Of a stretch of 64,000 nucleotides of DNA, positions 47,316 through 57,429 are shown piece by piece (the first letter of the stretch is position 1; every line of letters starts with the position of its first letter). The notes under the pieces are model-generated. The model worked only from the letters and a program-made list of their open reading frames with translations, ran no database searches and was not told the DNA's origin. The translations under genes were made by a program, and so were the position numbers. The DNA lies in assembly GCA_964650355.1 (NCBI GenBank), contig CAZYTL010000001.1, positions 216,018 through 280,017 of the forward strand, written 5' to 3'. The stretch comes from an uncultured Gammaproteobacteria bacterium (lineage in GTDB: Bacteria > Patescibacteriota > Microgenomatia > CAYXHB01 > CAZYTL01).

Positions 47316-48320
47316 TCATGATTGATTATCAAACCGCCTTAAAAACAACACCTTGGTTAGTCCTGAGAATGTACCCAGAAGACCGCCTAATTGATTTAAC
47401 CTCCCTGTAGTTAAAAATTTATACCCGTAATAACCATTTTGAAGACAGAGATTAGTCGAAAACTTTAGCAATTGGTTCAGGCTTTTTATTTTAAAGAACC
47501 TGAAGTAGAAAATAATAAAATTTTGCATTCGGTGGTAAGCAGCAGGTCTGGCTTTTTCAACCTTACCTGTTTCCACGTTGTGTCTTAATTTCACCTGCGG
47601 GTTAAATATTAGTTTGTATCCCAAATTCTTAATTTTCATTGCAGAATCAGTTTCGTGATAGTCTCCCAGTCCTTCAGTAAAAATTTCATCAAAACCACCG
47701 ATTTGTTTCACTAATCTCGTTCGGGCAGACCAATTACATGCTTCTAAGTAATCCGCTTGCCGATTATGCTTTAGCTTTAAAGTTTCAGGATAATTAGAAC
47801 CTAAAGTAAATACCCCGCTGGACAAAAACTTTGAAGGCTCTTTAATTTTTCCCTCATAGAGAAAATCGAGGTAGACTCTACCAAATAATTTTTTTACCGG
47901 GTTGGTACTGTGTTGAATACCTTCTAAAAAATTGGTTAAATCCCGTGCCTGCATGCCTTTCTCACTGATGGTCGTTGGCCCAGTCACCCCTCCGATATTT
48001 TTATCTGATTTGAAAGTCTTAATTAAGTTCTTATACCAGTCTTTATCCAATACCACGTCATCGTCCAGCCGGACAAAAATTTCGTTCTCTGCTCTTTTCA
48101 AAGCCTCATTGGCTGCCCCGATAATCCCTTTCTTTTTTTGTATAAAATAATCAATTTTTAAATCCCTGAATCTGCTGAGCATTCGCCTTACCTGATCATC
48201 ATCCTTTATACCCACTAACAGAATTCGGAACCCCTTTTTTGACTGTTTATTTAAACTTTCTAAACATTGCTTTAGAGCATCAAACCTGTTTGAAGTGGGA
48301 ATGAAAATATCTGTATCCAT
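47316..48320 (-). CDS. glycosyltransferase family 2
   Basis: N-terminal GT-A fold pattern (FIPTSNRFDALKQCLESL). DxD-like VRLDDDVVLDKDW. Confidence 0.7.
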   Translation of the reverse strand: MDTDIFIPTSNRFDALKQCLESLNKQSKKGFRILLVGIKDDDQVRRMLSRFRDLKIDYFIQKKKGIIGAANEALKRAENEIFVRLDDDVVLDKDWYKNLIKTFKSDKNIGGVTGPTTISEKGMQARDLTNFLEGIQHSTNPVKKLFGRVYLDFLYEGKIKEPSKFLSSGVFTLGSNYPETLKLKHNRQADYLEACNWSARTRLVKQIGGFDEIFTEGLGDYHETDSAMKIKNLGYKLIFNPQVKLRHNVETGKVEKARPAAYHRMQNFIIFYFRFFKIKSLNQLLKFSTNLCLQNGYYGYKFLTTGRLNQLGGLLGTFSGLTKVLFLRRFDNQS

Positions 48321-48428
48321 AATTCCCCAATTTACATTAACTAATCAGCTAGACATTCAACTCACAACTACCCGAGTGCGAAAATTTTCCATCAGCGGGT
48401 AGGTTGCTCTCTTCTCTGAGTCCATATC

Positions 48429-49172
48429 TTAGGCCTTCTTCTTTAAACACAAAAAAATTGTGCCTCTGGCCAGTAAACCTGGGAAGAAATTAGTTAACTT
48501 ATACCAGATAGGATCAGGGATCAGAGTTAGAATTTTCCCTACCCATTCTAAACGAGAACCTTTCCCTGAAAAATTAATATAATATCGGTAATCTTTAATC
48601 GTCAAGTATTTACTCACAAAATCTCTTGCTTGCTTAATCGTGGGAAAATGTAAATGCTTATATAAGTCAAACGCATATTGGTCAATACCCATCCCTGTCA
48701 CGGCAAAGACCCGGTGGAAAATAGTATTTTCGTTGGGCAAAGAGATCAACGCGACCCCGTCTGTTTTTAATAAATTATTGATAGCTTGAATGTGTTTAGC
48801 CGGATCCAATAGATGTTCCAAAACTTCCGTGCAGATAATAATATCGAATTTTTCCCCTTTAACCTGAGATTCGATATCTTGAAAATTGAAATCCATCGTC
48901 TTCACCTTTATTCCCCGTTCTTTGGCCGCATCCATTCCGTCGTTATCGTAATCCAGAATCAGATAATTAATTTTCTGAGTCTTCGTTGGGAATGACTGTT
49001 TGATTAATTGAAACAGATCTCCGGTATAGCCGCCGATATCGAGCACGTCCACATGATCTGATGAGAGGATCTTGGGTTTAATTAAATCTAAATTTTGCCC
49101 ATACCTCATCCGCATGTATTTACTCGTAAACAAATCACCGTAATGATATTTAGCCTGGTAACCTTTAGTCAT
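48429..49172 (-). CDS. class I SAM-dependent methyltransferase
   Basis: VLDIGGYTGD motif I. IICTEVLEHLLDP post-II motif. Confidence 0.7.
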   Translation of the reverse strand: MTKGYQAKYHYGDLFTSKYMRMRYGQNLDLIKPKILSSDHVDVLDIGGYTGDLFQLIKQSFPTKTQKINYLILDYDNDGMDAAKERGIKVKTMDFNFQDIESQVKGEKFDIIICTEVLEHLLDPAKHIQAINNLLKTDGVALISLPNENTIFHRVFAVTGMGIDQYAFDLYKHLHFPTIKQARDFVSKYLTIKDYRYYINFSGKGSRLEWVGKILTLIPDPIWYKLTNFFPGLLARGTIFLCLKKKA

Positions 49173-49176
49173 AAAG

Positions 49177-49986
49177 TTATATTTTTTTACACAATACTAA
49201 TAAACCTGCTCCTTGATCATTATTAACGTTATCAGATACGCTTAATTTGGCGATTAATTCTTTATACTTTAAAAAGACTTTTTTTTCAGCCTCCTGATCA
49301 AATAATTTTTTCCAGCGCGCTTCCAGAGCCATTCTATCCCACCACATCAGGGCTTCTTTATCCAGGTAATAATGATATTTGATAATTTTAAGTTTTTTTG
49401 AACTCAGCAACTGCTTCCATTTTTGAATCGAATAAAGATGATAATGATTTAACTTCCGATTTCTGTAGTTAACGTACAGGTTTGATAAAAAGCCCAGTTT
49501 CCAGCTATCTAGCAGATTGCTCAAATATAAGTATTGGGAAAACTTATCGCTGGGCACAGTAAACAGAAAATAACCGTTAGGCTTTAATACTCTCCGCACT
49601 TCACTTAACACCTGGTTCAAGTCAGGGATGTGCTCTATGACACTGTTGCTAAACACAAAATTAACTGAATTTTGGGGAAGGGACATCTTTTCAGCCAATT
49701 CAATTAACACCTTCTTGTAGCGTTTTTTCTTAATTGCCACTTGTACGTCTCCAGCCTCATTATTATCTAAACCGTAAGTAAATTGTTGATCAAATAAAGT
49801 ACTGGCGATAAACCCATCACCGCAGCCTAAATCCAACGATGGCTGGGGAAAGTTAATTCGATGAGTACATTTATATATAGTATTTAGCTCTATGATTCTA
49901 AATAATTTGGACGCCGGATTTTGCTCCTCATCTAAATCATCCAGATCAATTTTATGGCTGTGCATCATATTACCCAATTCAAACAA
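49177..49986 (-). CDS. class I SAM-dependent methyltransferase
   Basis: LDLGCGDGF motif I. VFSNSVIEHIPD...LKPNGYFLF. Confidence 0.7.
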   Translation of the reverse strand: MFELGNMMHSHKIDLDDLDEEQNPASKLFRIIELNTIYKCTHRINFPQPSLDLGCGDGFIASTLFDQQFTYGLDNNEAGDVQVAIKKKRYKKVLIELAEKMSLPQNSVNFVFSNSVIEHIPDLNQVLSEVRRVLKPNGYFLFTVPSDKFSQYLYLSNLLDSWKLGFLSNLYVNYRNRKLNHYHLYSIQKWKQLLSSKKLKIIKYHYYLDKEALMWWDRMALEARWKKLFDQEAEKKVFLKYKELIAKLSVSDNVNNDQGAGLLVLCKKI

Positions 49987-50095
49987 AAACTATCAACGTC
50001 TAATTTATCTATCCTCCTGAGTAACCCCAGTTTGTTGTTAGCTATTCGAGCTCACGCCTTTAATTCTATGAATAATCCCTGACCACTGTCCAGCC

Positions 50096-51211
50096 CTAAA
50101 AACTCTTGGCATTGCCGATGTTAAGTTGAGTTTGGGCTTTACTTAAAAAATAACTCAAGGGTTTTTTAACCATCACCCGGTCAAATAACCAGTCATCATT
50201 TACCTTTCTTAATTTACTGACGGCTTGTCTTTTCCTGATGGTTGATCTGAGATGAACCACATTCCATAAAATGCCTTTATTGATCCACCAAAATTCCTGA
50301 TAATTTCCCTGTACCAACTTGTACCAAGCTAAGCCAGACCACAAGATTACCTGCCAAGTGAGAATCTTAATTAAATTCTTTGTTTGTAAATTTTTTAAAT
50401 GGGTTAATAAGTAATTTTTTGTTCCGTGAAATTTGGCTTGATAACTTTTTTTCTCCTGACCCAAACTCAAAGTGCTGGTCCCGAATTCATGATAAACCTT
50501 GGACTGAGGAACAAATCTCACCTGGTATCCTGCCAGCCAGCACCGCCAGCCCAAATCAGTTTCTTCCACGTAGATAAAATAATCACCATCAAAACCTCCA
50601 GCCTTATCAAATACTTTTCTGCTGATAAACATCCCGGCTGATTTAGCTGCCAAAATCTCTATTGGTTGGTCATACTGGCCATGATCGATTTCCCCGGCTT
50701 GACATCTTTGCACGAGGAAACCATTTTGTCCTAAATGCTCGCCCACATAGTCTATCAAAAACTGTTTCTTCTTAGTCCGTCCTTTCAAATAGGCTACCGC
50801 CTCCGCTTGCTTCGATACCAACAACTTACACTGAATCGCCCCTAAATTCTTATCTTTCTTAAATGCTTTAACCGCTTCATTGGCCCAATTCGGATCCACC
50901 ACCGTGTCATTATCCAAAAATCCCAGATATTGGCCTTGGGAACTTTTTACCCCTATATTCCGGGCCATGGCCGGTCCGTAATTTTTATCCAGTCCGATAC
51001 ATAAAAATTTTCCCTTCTGCTTTGCAGCCGCATATTTGTGATTTAAATACGCCACTGTCCCGTCAGTTGATCCATTATCCACCACCACTACTTCAACTGA
51101 CTTTGTCCGACTTTGGAGCACGGACTCCACACACTTATCCGCATAATTTTTGCCTTCATACGTAACAATGATCACCGAAACCAAAAACGATTTTTCCATT
51201 ATTTTCTCCAA
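50096..51211 (-). CDS. glycosyltransferase family 2
   Basis: VSVIIVTYEG...VVVVDNGSTDGT GT2 signature. DNDT(V) DxD variant. Confidence 0.8.
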   Translation of the reverse strand: MEKIMEKSFLVSVIIVTYEGKNYADKCVESVLQSRTKSVEVVVVDNGSTDGTVAYLNHKYAAAKQKGKFLCIGLDKNYGPAMARNIGVKSSQGQYLGFLDNDTVVDPNWANEAVKAFKKDKNLGAIQCKLLVSKQAEAVAYLKGRTKKKQFLIDYVGEHLGQNGFLVQRCQAGEIDHGQYDQPIEILAAKSAGMFISRKVFDKAGGFDGDYFIYVEETDLGWRCWLAGYQVRFVPQSKVYHEFGTSTLSLGQEKKSYQAKFHGTKNYLLTHLKNLQTKNLIKILTWQVILWSGLAWYKLVQGNYQEFWWINKGILWNVVHLRSTIRKRQAVSKLRKVNDDWLFDRVMVKKPLSYFLSKAQTQLNIGNAKSF

Positions 51212-51228
51212 TTTTCGCAGTCCCCAAG

Positions 51229-52170
51229 CTAGGTTTGCTCTTTCAGATATAAGATCGTCTTTTGAATCCCCTCCTTAATCGGAGTTAATCTATCAGGATA
51301 ATACTTTTTTAATAATCTAGTATCGGCTAATGTCTTTTCCAGATAGACTTTTGGTTTATTCACGTACACAGGACGCACCTTCTTAGGAAGTTGTTGATTT
51401 ACCAGCTTCACTATTTGGTTGAAAGATACTGCGGTTCCGGATCCCACATTAACCACCTTTTCCTTACAGTTCCAGGCCAATTGCAACATAATATTTATCA
51501 AGTCATCTATGAACACAAAATCTCTCTCTTGATTGCCATCTCCCCAGATTTCCGGACTTTTTCCCCTCATCATGTCTTTGATAAAAGCATAAAGCACGCT
51601 GGCAATCTTTCCCTTATGCTCTTCTCCTGGACCATATCCGGCAAAGATCCTTAAGCCGAGTGAGTTTACTTGATCACCATAAACTTCGGCAATATTTTCT
51701 AAAATTATTTTACATTGAGAATAAGCATTTACCTTACTGAAGTTAATTTTGGTCCGTTCATTTTGAGGCGGGGGAGTTTGAGCATACAAACTCCCGGTAG
51801 AGGGAAAAACCAACCGCACATTATTGGTTGCGCAAAACTTTATAGATTGTAAAAACCCTCTAATCGTAATTTGAGCGCAGCTGGAGAGATCTTGGTTGAA
51901 CAGAATCACAGAAGATGGGGCGGCGAAGTGAAAAAGAAAATCATACTTCACCTTTGGCAATTTTTTAAATGTAGCTTCTGATTGAACATCTCCGATAATC
52001 GTGTGCGCCTTGGGATGAATATTTTTCTGTTGAGCGCCAAAGGATAAATTGTCGATCACATACACCCTAGCCTGTCTGTTAACTAGCTCGCGTACCAAGT
52101 TCTGGCCGATAAAACCGGCTCCACCTGTCACAATGCAATTTTTTTTATAATAAGGATTTTGTTTAGCCAT
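51229..52170 (-). CDS. NAD-dependent epimerase/dehydratase (extended SDR)
   Basis: CIVTGGAGFIGQNLV Rossmann motif. YAQCK (YxxxK) catalytic pair. Confidence 0.8.
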   Translation of the reverse strand: MAKQNPYYKKNCIVTGGAGFIGQNLVRELVNRQARVYVIDNLSFGAQQKNIHPKAHTIIGDVQSEATFKKLPKVKYDFLFHFAAPSSVILFNQDLSSCAQITIRGFLQSIKFCATNNVRLVFPSTGSLYAQTPPPQNERTKINFSKVNAYSQCKIILENIAEVYGDQVNSLGLRIFAGYGPGEEHKGKIASVLYAFIKDMMRGKSPEIWGDGNQERDFVFIDDLINIMLQLAWNCKEKVVNVGSGTAVSFNQIVKLVNQQLPKKVRPVYVNKPKVYLEKTLADTRLLKKYYPDRLTPIKEGIQKTILYLKEQT

Positions 52171-53164
52171 CGGTCATCAAAGATTTAAATCTAAAAGAGA
52201 GCCATGTATAAGCGTAGATAGGTGTCACCATAAAAGTTAACGCCGGGTGTAAAAACCAAACCGGATCCCTAATAACTAAATATCCTCTGATGGACTGAAT
52301 TAAAGGCTCAATTATCGTCAGAGAAAACAGCATAAATTTTAATAACTTCAACTTATCCTTCTGGCTGTCAAACACATGATACCGTCTTTGCTCCTGATCT
52401 TTTAAATACACGTTCGCATAACGATTTCTTCTCTTTAAATAATTTCTTAACTCTTCACCTGTCTTATGCCAAATGTCGTTTTTTACGAAGGCAAACTGGT
52501 TATAGCCTAAATTTATCAGATCAACACAACCGTCAATGTGAAAAAATTTCAATGGTTCTTTGGAAACCAACTGGATAATTTTTGTCCTGATTACAAATCC
52601 GTTTGCCCCAATCGTGGGGATGTTGTTTTTATCAAACTTCACTAAATAATAATCACCTTTGTCTTGGGCTTTTGAATTCAAGGGCCAATCAGTTTCGAAA
52701 TAAGTAATTCTGTCTCGCTTGTTGAGATAATAGGGCAGAGGATCATTTACCCCGAATAGAGAAAAATAACGATTAAGTGGTTTATCGTCTCTGCGATACG
52801 TATAACGTAAGGTTTCGCTTGCTACCACCTTGGGGTTTTCCATTAACGGTCCTACCATTCTTTTCAACCAGTCCTTGGTAGGGATGACATTATCCGAGGG
52901 ATAATTAACCACCAGATCCGTTTTAACTGCGTTGTAACCGATGGCAGTAGCCGCCTCGGGGCGACCAGTATTTTCTTTGATTACCGAACAAAATTTAAAG
53001 CCTTTGGCAATTTTTAAGGTCTTGTCGGTTGATCCGCCATCAACGATTAAGAGTTTAATTTTATTTCGGGAATAATCCAATTTAGCAACACTCTCCAGAC
53101 ACTCTTTGAGTGTCCTTTCGCTATTAAAAGTGGGAGTCACAAACGTTACTGTTGGCCAATCCAT
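52163..53164 (-). CDS. glycosyltransferase family 2
   Basis: VTFVTPTFNSERTLKECLESV...LLIVDGGSTDKT. Confidence 0.75.
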   Translation of the reverse strand: MDWPTVTFVTPTFNSERTLKECLESVAKLDYSRNKIKLLIVDGGSTDKTLKIAKGFKFCSVIKENTGRPEAATAIGYNAVKTDLVVNYPSDNVIPTKDWLKRMVGPLMENPKVVASETLRYTYRRDDKPLNRYFSLFGVNDPLPYYLNKRDRITYFETDWPLNSKAQDKGDYYLVKFDKNNIPTIGANGFVIRTKIIQLVSKEPLKFFHIDGCVDLINLGYNQFAFVKNDIWHKTGEELRNYLKRRNRYANVYLKDQEQRRYHVFDSQKDKLKLLKFMLFSLTIIEPLIQSIRGYLVIRDPVWFLHPALTFMVTPIYAYTWLSFRFKSLMTDG

Positions 53165-53314
53165 ATACGATTATCTCCTGAGTTTATAGATAAATGTAAT
53201 AAAAAACAGATATTTCTATATTATAATAAATCACCAGTCGGCCTTAACCAACTTAGCAGTTTAATTAGCACAAAGCATACCATTATACATATGATACTCT
53301 CTATATCCTATCGA

Positions 53315-54055
53315 TCACCACTTAGTGATTTTACCTACCTTTTTCACAATTTTGTCCATGCTCTCTAATAAAGATTCTACTGATGGATCGATCGTCAAAT
53401 CTGGATTTTGGGGTACTTGATACGGGTTATTTTTGCTCAAATTACCTCCACGGACGTAAATCCAGTAGGGATCACAAATTTCAGCAATTTTATCTCTCGC
53501 ATCTTGAAACGGAGCAATTACTGAGACAAGTACATTATGCCCCTGATCACACAATACTTTGGCTAACCTGGCTACCCGCAAATTGTGTACTTCGCGATCT
53601 TTTTTACTAAATCCGGCTCCTAAGGAGATTGACTGACGCATTTCATCTCCGTCTAAGAGAATCCCATTTAACCGTTCCTTGAGCAACACGGCCAAAGAAG
53701 TTTTTCCCGCCCCAGTATTACCTGTAAACCAAATCACCCTTTTTTGTGAATTTCGGATCTTAGTTCCTGATATTTTTTCCATTTCCTCATTTAACCTGAT
53801 ATTGCGAATCGCATATCCCACTTTGCGACCATAACAGACTTCGGCCACATCCGGCACCACAATAATTTTTACTTTCTTGCCGTAAACCTTGCGAATCATC
53901 TGTTTTCGTTCTTCAACCGTGTAAGGATTCTCTTCAGAGATTACCGTATCTCGGATAGCAATCACCACCGGTTTACCCTCAGCCAAAACCTTATCAATCA
54001 TTAACTTGTGGCCTTTATGGAACGGTTGCCAACGACCAATAAATAAAGAATGCAT
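53315..54055 (-). CDS. fusion protein: minimal HxGH nucleotidyltransferase (NMNAT/TagD-like) N-domain plus APS-kinase-like P-loop kinase C-domain
   Basis: N-domain has FIGRWQPFHKGH (HxGH) and a C-terminal ISGTKIR motif. C-domain has the FTGNTGAGKTS P-loop and LDGDEMRQSISLGAGFSKKDREVHNLRVARLA, which matches the APS kinase LDGDxxRxxLxxxLGFSxxDRxxNxRR signature. Confidence 0.6.
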   Translation of the reverse strand: MHSLFIGRWQPFHKGHKLMIDKVLAEGKPVVIAIRDTVISEENPYTVEERKQMIRKVYGKKVKIIVVPDVAEVCYGRKVGYAIRNIRLNEEMEKISGTKIRNSQKRVIWFTGNTGAGKTSLAVLLKERLNGILLDGDEMRQSISLGAGFSKKDREVHNLRVARLAKVLCDQGHNVLVSVIAPFQDARDKIAEICDPYWIYVRGGNLSKNNPYQVPQNPDLTIDPSVESLLESMDKIVKKVGKITKW

Positions 54056-54201
54056 ATCTTAAAACTGTCAGTCCCAACATAAATTAAAATAATACAATCT
54101 TACTAACCAATCAACCATTGGACCAGACTCATTTTACTTACCCTCGTTCACTAATATAGTCATTAAGTGATATTCGGAAGCTAATACTTGCTGTCTACCA
54201 A

Positions 54202-56268
54202 CTAAATGCTACCCATCAATTGCCCGATTTCATCCACCAGCAACTCACTCAACTCCTCACCCAAAGCCCGGGGAGCATGCGTCCTGATCTCTCTCTGCAA
54301 ATTTTTCCAAATTTCTTTAGCGACTTGATTCTGTCCTCTTTCCTGCATCGACTCAGCCAAATTCGCCTGAACCAGCCAACCATTTACTAGTGACTCGGGT
54401 TTGACTAACCCCAAATCGCCAGCCGCCTGTAAATCTCCAACCAACTGATCGAAAGTAGCCACGCTCAAATCTATGATCTCATCCAATGAATCGCTTAACT
54501 CTAATGTCAAAACCTCATTCTCTCCTTCACCGATCAGTCGGTTTATTAGCAATTGGTGTTGATTTCCTTCTTCATCGAACAACCGCACATCTATGGTTTT
54601 TAAGCCTGATTCACCTGGTAACACATTCAATTTCACGACATAAACCATTCCGTCGTCTGGTTTGGGCAACCCGTACACAAACTCGGCGGGAGAACCAGGC
54701 AAATCCGGATCTATATCGTCCTCCAAAGACTCCACGAAACTGAAAGCCCCTGCCAAGTCGTCTGCGGTGCCGTCTACTTCCAACTCCAATCCTGGTTCGC
54801 CAAACATCCACAAATAACTCAAGTCTGTATTACTGGGTACAAATCTACCTAACCTTGACCTCCGATATACACTTTCTGGATACAACTCATTCAACGAATG
54901 TGGCGGCTCCTCCTCCGCCAACTGGTTCGGATCATTGATCAGAATATCATCCGTGCCGTCAAACCCTCCGGTGACCACAAAATGAGTGTTACCGCTTGAT
55001 TTCCTTACTAACCGCAAAATTTCTGGTACTTCATCGTCTATATCTGCAGTCACCTGACCAATTCCGGTATAAGCAGGATAACTAAACTCAAATGTTGTCC
55101 CTGAACCTGAAGGAGCGCTCTCACTGGCATCTTTGGCGTACTTGGTGATTGCGCTCCAAATCACTCCACCCCAGTTCGTATAGCCATGGTTATTAATCAA
55201 CCAGGAGTTTAACGTCGCTGGGTTGGTTGGAAAAGAATCCACATCTCCATTAGGAAAATAAGCTACCCCTCGATCCACTCCATGGTACATCAATACCATG
55301 GCAGCTGAAGTCAAAGCACATCCCCAACGATCAATTCCTGTTCCTTGGCTGCTCCAATTAGTTGCAAAATCATACTCCACTGGTTTTCCTAAAATTTCAT
55401 TCCAATTTTCGTCCAGCTGGCTAAACCACGGAACCGCCAAATCAATCTTCTTTCCGGTATTGTAAGCTGCCTGCACCTCGCACTCGCTCAATGCCCGATT
55501 ATAAATCTTCACCTCGTCGACGACGCCGTTAAAGTGTTGAAATGAATCATTTGGCGACCCATTTCTTAATGCTCCAATTAATAAATCGATGTCAGATGTA
55601 CTTCCGGGAATTCCTACGAAGACACCACTTGCTTCTAAATTTCCATCAATGTATAAACGTTGTGTATTATTCTCACGTTCATAAAGAAGATGATGGAAGT
55701 AAGTGTCGTTGATGACTTTTGAACCAAAAATTAAAGCTCCTGAACCATCAGCTCTTTCAAATCCAGATAATATTTTATCTTTTCCTTCAATGTAATTACT
55801 TGAAGAAATTCCAATTATGTAAACAGTTGGCTCATCAATCGTGCCAAAATAACCAGCTCCTTTAGCTATTATTATTTCTATATTATCTCTAAATGTTGAT
55901 CTTTTGGCCCACAATTCAACAGTGACATCACCGGTAATATTTAAGTTATCTGATGCGGGAATTTTTACTTCGTCATTTATCCCATCAAGATACAATCCGC
56001 TATTAATTTTACCGTCAACATAAGCTGGTCCACCAATTAAAGATCCATTATTTTCACCGATCAGATCTTTTGCGATTCCATTCTCGGTTCCATCAAATGA
56101 CCACCAACTGACCAATCCATCATTCGAAACAGAACAACCTTGAGCTTCTACTTGGTTAACGAACTTCAAGCCAAGATAACTAGAACTACCAATCAAGTAT
56201 AATGATGATATCACTACGGCAATTATCAAAAGCCGTATTCTGAATTTTGAAGCAAAGGAATACAACAT
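54202..56268 (-). CDS. secreted protein: concanavalin-A-like lectin (LamG) domain plus C39-like papain-fold cysteine peptidase domain
   Basis: Signal peptide. WWSFDG...GLYLDGINDEVKIP...VELWAKR LamG pattern. DRWGCALTSAAMVLMYHG is a Peptidase_C39-like catalytic Cys context. Confidence 0.5.
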   Translation of the reverse strand: MLYSFASKFRIRLLIIAVVISSLYLIGSSSYLGLKFVNQVEAQGCSVSNDGLVSWWSFDGTENGIAKDLIGENNGSLIGGPAYVDGKINSGLYLDGINDEVKIPASDNLNITGDVTVELWAKRSTFRDNIEIIIAKGAGYFGTIDEPTVYIIGISSSNYIEGKDKILSGFERADGSGALIFGSKVINDTYFHHLLYERENNTQRLYIDGNLEASGVFVGIPGSTSDIDLLIGALRNGSPNDSFQHFNGVVDEVKIYNRALSECEVQAAYNTGKKIDLAVPWFSQLDENWNEILGKPVEYDFATNWSSQGTGIDRWGCALTSAAMVLMYHGVDRGVAYFPNGDVDSFPTNPATLNSWLINNHGYTNWGGVIWSAITKYAKDASESAPSGSGTTFEFSYPAYTGIGQVTADIDDEVPEILRLVRKSSGNTHFVVTGGFDGTDDILINDPNQLAEEEPPHSLNELYPESVYRRSRLGRFVPSNTDLSYLWMFGEPGLELEVDGTADDLAGAFSFVESLEDDIDPDLPGSPAEFVYGLPKPDDGMVYVVKLNVLPGESGLKTIDVRLFDEEGNQHQLLINRLIGEGENEVLTLELSDSLDEIIDLSVATFDQLVGDLQAAGDLGLVKPESLVNGWLVQANLAESMQERGQNQVAKEIWKNLQREIRTHAPRALGEELSELLVDEIGQLMGSI

Positions 56269-56312
56269 AAAATCAGTATAGACAAATTTTTTTTACTGTT
56301 ACAATAGCAATT

Positions 56313-57185
56313 ATGTCATTTGGTTATTTCCCGGACTTCCAAAACAAATCAAAACTTAAGGACTGGTATCTTAAAATATTCGGTTATCCTTATCCTCCTC
56401 GGCGGAATGAAGCAATTATGGTATTTGATTTACTCGATCCAAGGCCGGAAGAAAAAATATTAGATATCGGGTGCGGGGAAGGAATATTTACGAATGAACT
56501 TGCTAAAAGAGGGTACGATGTTACGGGAATTGATATTTCTGATCACGATTTAAAAGTAGCTAGAAAAAGGGCAAAACAAATGAATTTAAAAGTCGAATAC
56601 ATTAAAATGGATGCTCAAAAAATGAATTTCAGAAACAACTCATTTGATAAAATTTACTCCATCTCGACCATCGAACACATTCCAGATGATCAAGCGGTTT
56701 TTAATGAATGCTTCCGAGTATTAAAACCAGACGGGGCGCTTGTAATTTCCGTTCCCAGCGAAAAGAACTTTAAACTCATCAAACAATTAATTAAATTACC
56801 CCACTGGATAAAAGTCAAACTTTTCAATAATCTGATTGTCAACTCAAAGAGCTACGGGAAATACTGCCGTGATCTTGATAAGAAATTTAATCACTACCAT
56901 AGATATAAAATCAAAGCTCTTTTCCGTCGAGTTACTCAAGCAGGGCTGAATATCCAAACCGCACAATACAATGTCAATCTAATAAGTAAACTGCCTCAGG
57001 TAGTCATACATACGCTCAAACTGTTTGAGTGGAACAAAGATCAAAAATCTGGGTATCAATACGAACACAAAAATGAAGGATATCTTGCTATAATTTTCCC
57101 CATCTTTTATTTATTTTACATAATTGACCGCCTTTTATTTTCACGTCTAACCGGAATGGCGATTATAATCAAAGCTAATAAGTAG
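56313..57185 (+). CDS. class I SAM-dependent methyltransferase
   Basis: ILDIGCGEGIFT motif I. VTGIDIS motif II. LKPDGALVIS. Confidence 0.7.
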   Translation: MSFGYFPDFQNKSKLKDWYLKIFGYPYPPRRNEAIMVFDLLDPRPEEKILDIGCGEGIFTNELAKRGYDVTGIDISDHDLKVARKRAKQMNLKVEYIKMDAQKMNFRNNSFDKIYSISTIEHIPDDQAVFNECFRVLKPDGALVISVPSEKNFKLIKQLIKLPHWIKVKLFNNLIVNSKSYGKYCRDLDKKFNHYHRYKIKALFRRVTQAGLNIQTAQYNVNLISKLPQVVIHTLKLFEWNKDQKSGYQYEHKNEGYLAIIFPIFYLFYIIDRLLFSRLTGMAIIIKANK

Positions 57186-57429
57186 ATTAATAAGTGATTT
57201 ACTAAAAATTACATTATTGTATACACGCTACTATCCACGAACGACCCAATCTTATACGTCAACGATTCACTCAACACCATCCTTAAAGATTCAGGAACGT
57301 ACGCCTTAATCCTATGTCGTAAATCTCTTTAGCAAGTCTAACCCGGAACCCGGCGTCTCTTTCATCGAGTTAGAGGTAAACTGGCCTGAACCATAAACGG
57401 ACTGATTAAATTCAAACTATTAGCAAATT

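Noticed and set aside
57186-57429. Possible small RNA in the 244-bp spacer (contains aacccggaacccgg direct repeat)
   Set aside because: I could recognise no conserved structure or known riboswitch/sRNA motif. It is more likely a promoter region for the downstream SDR gene.
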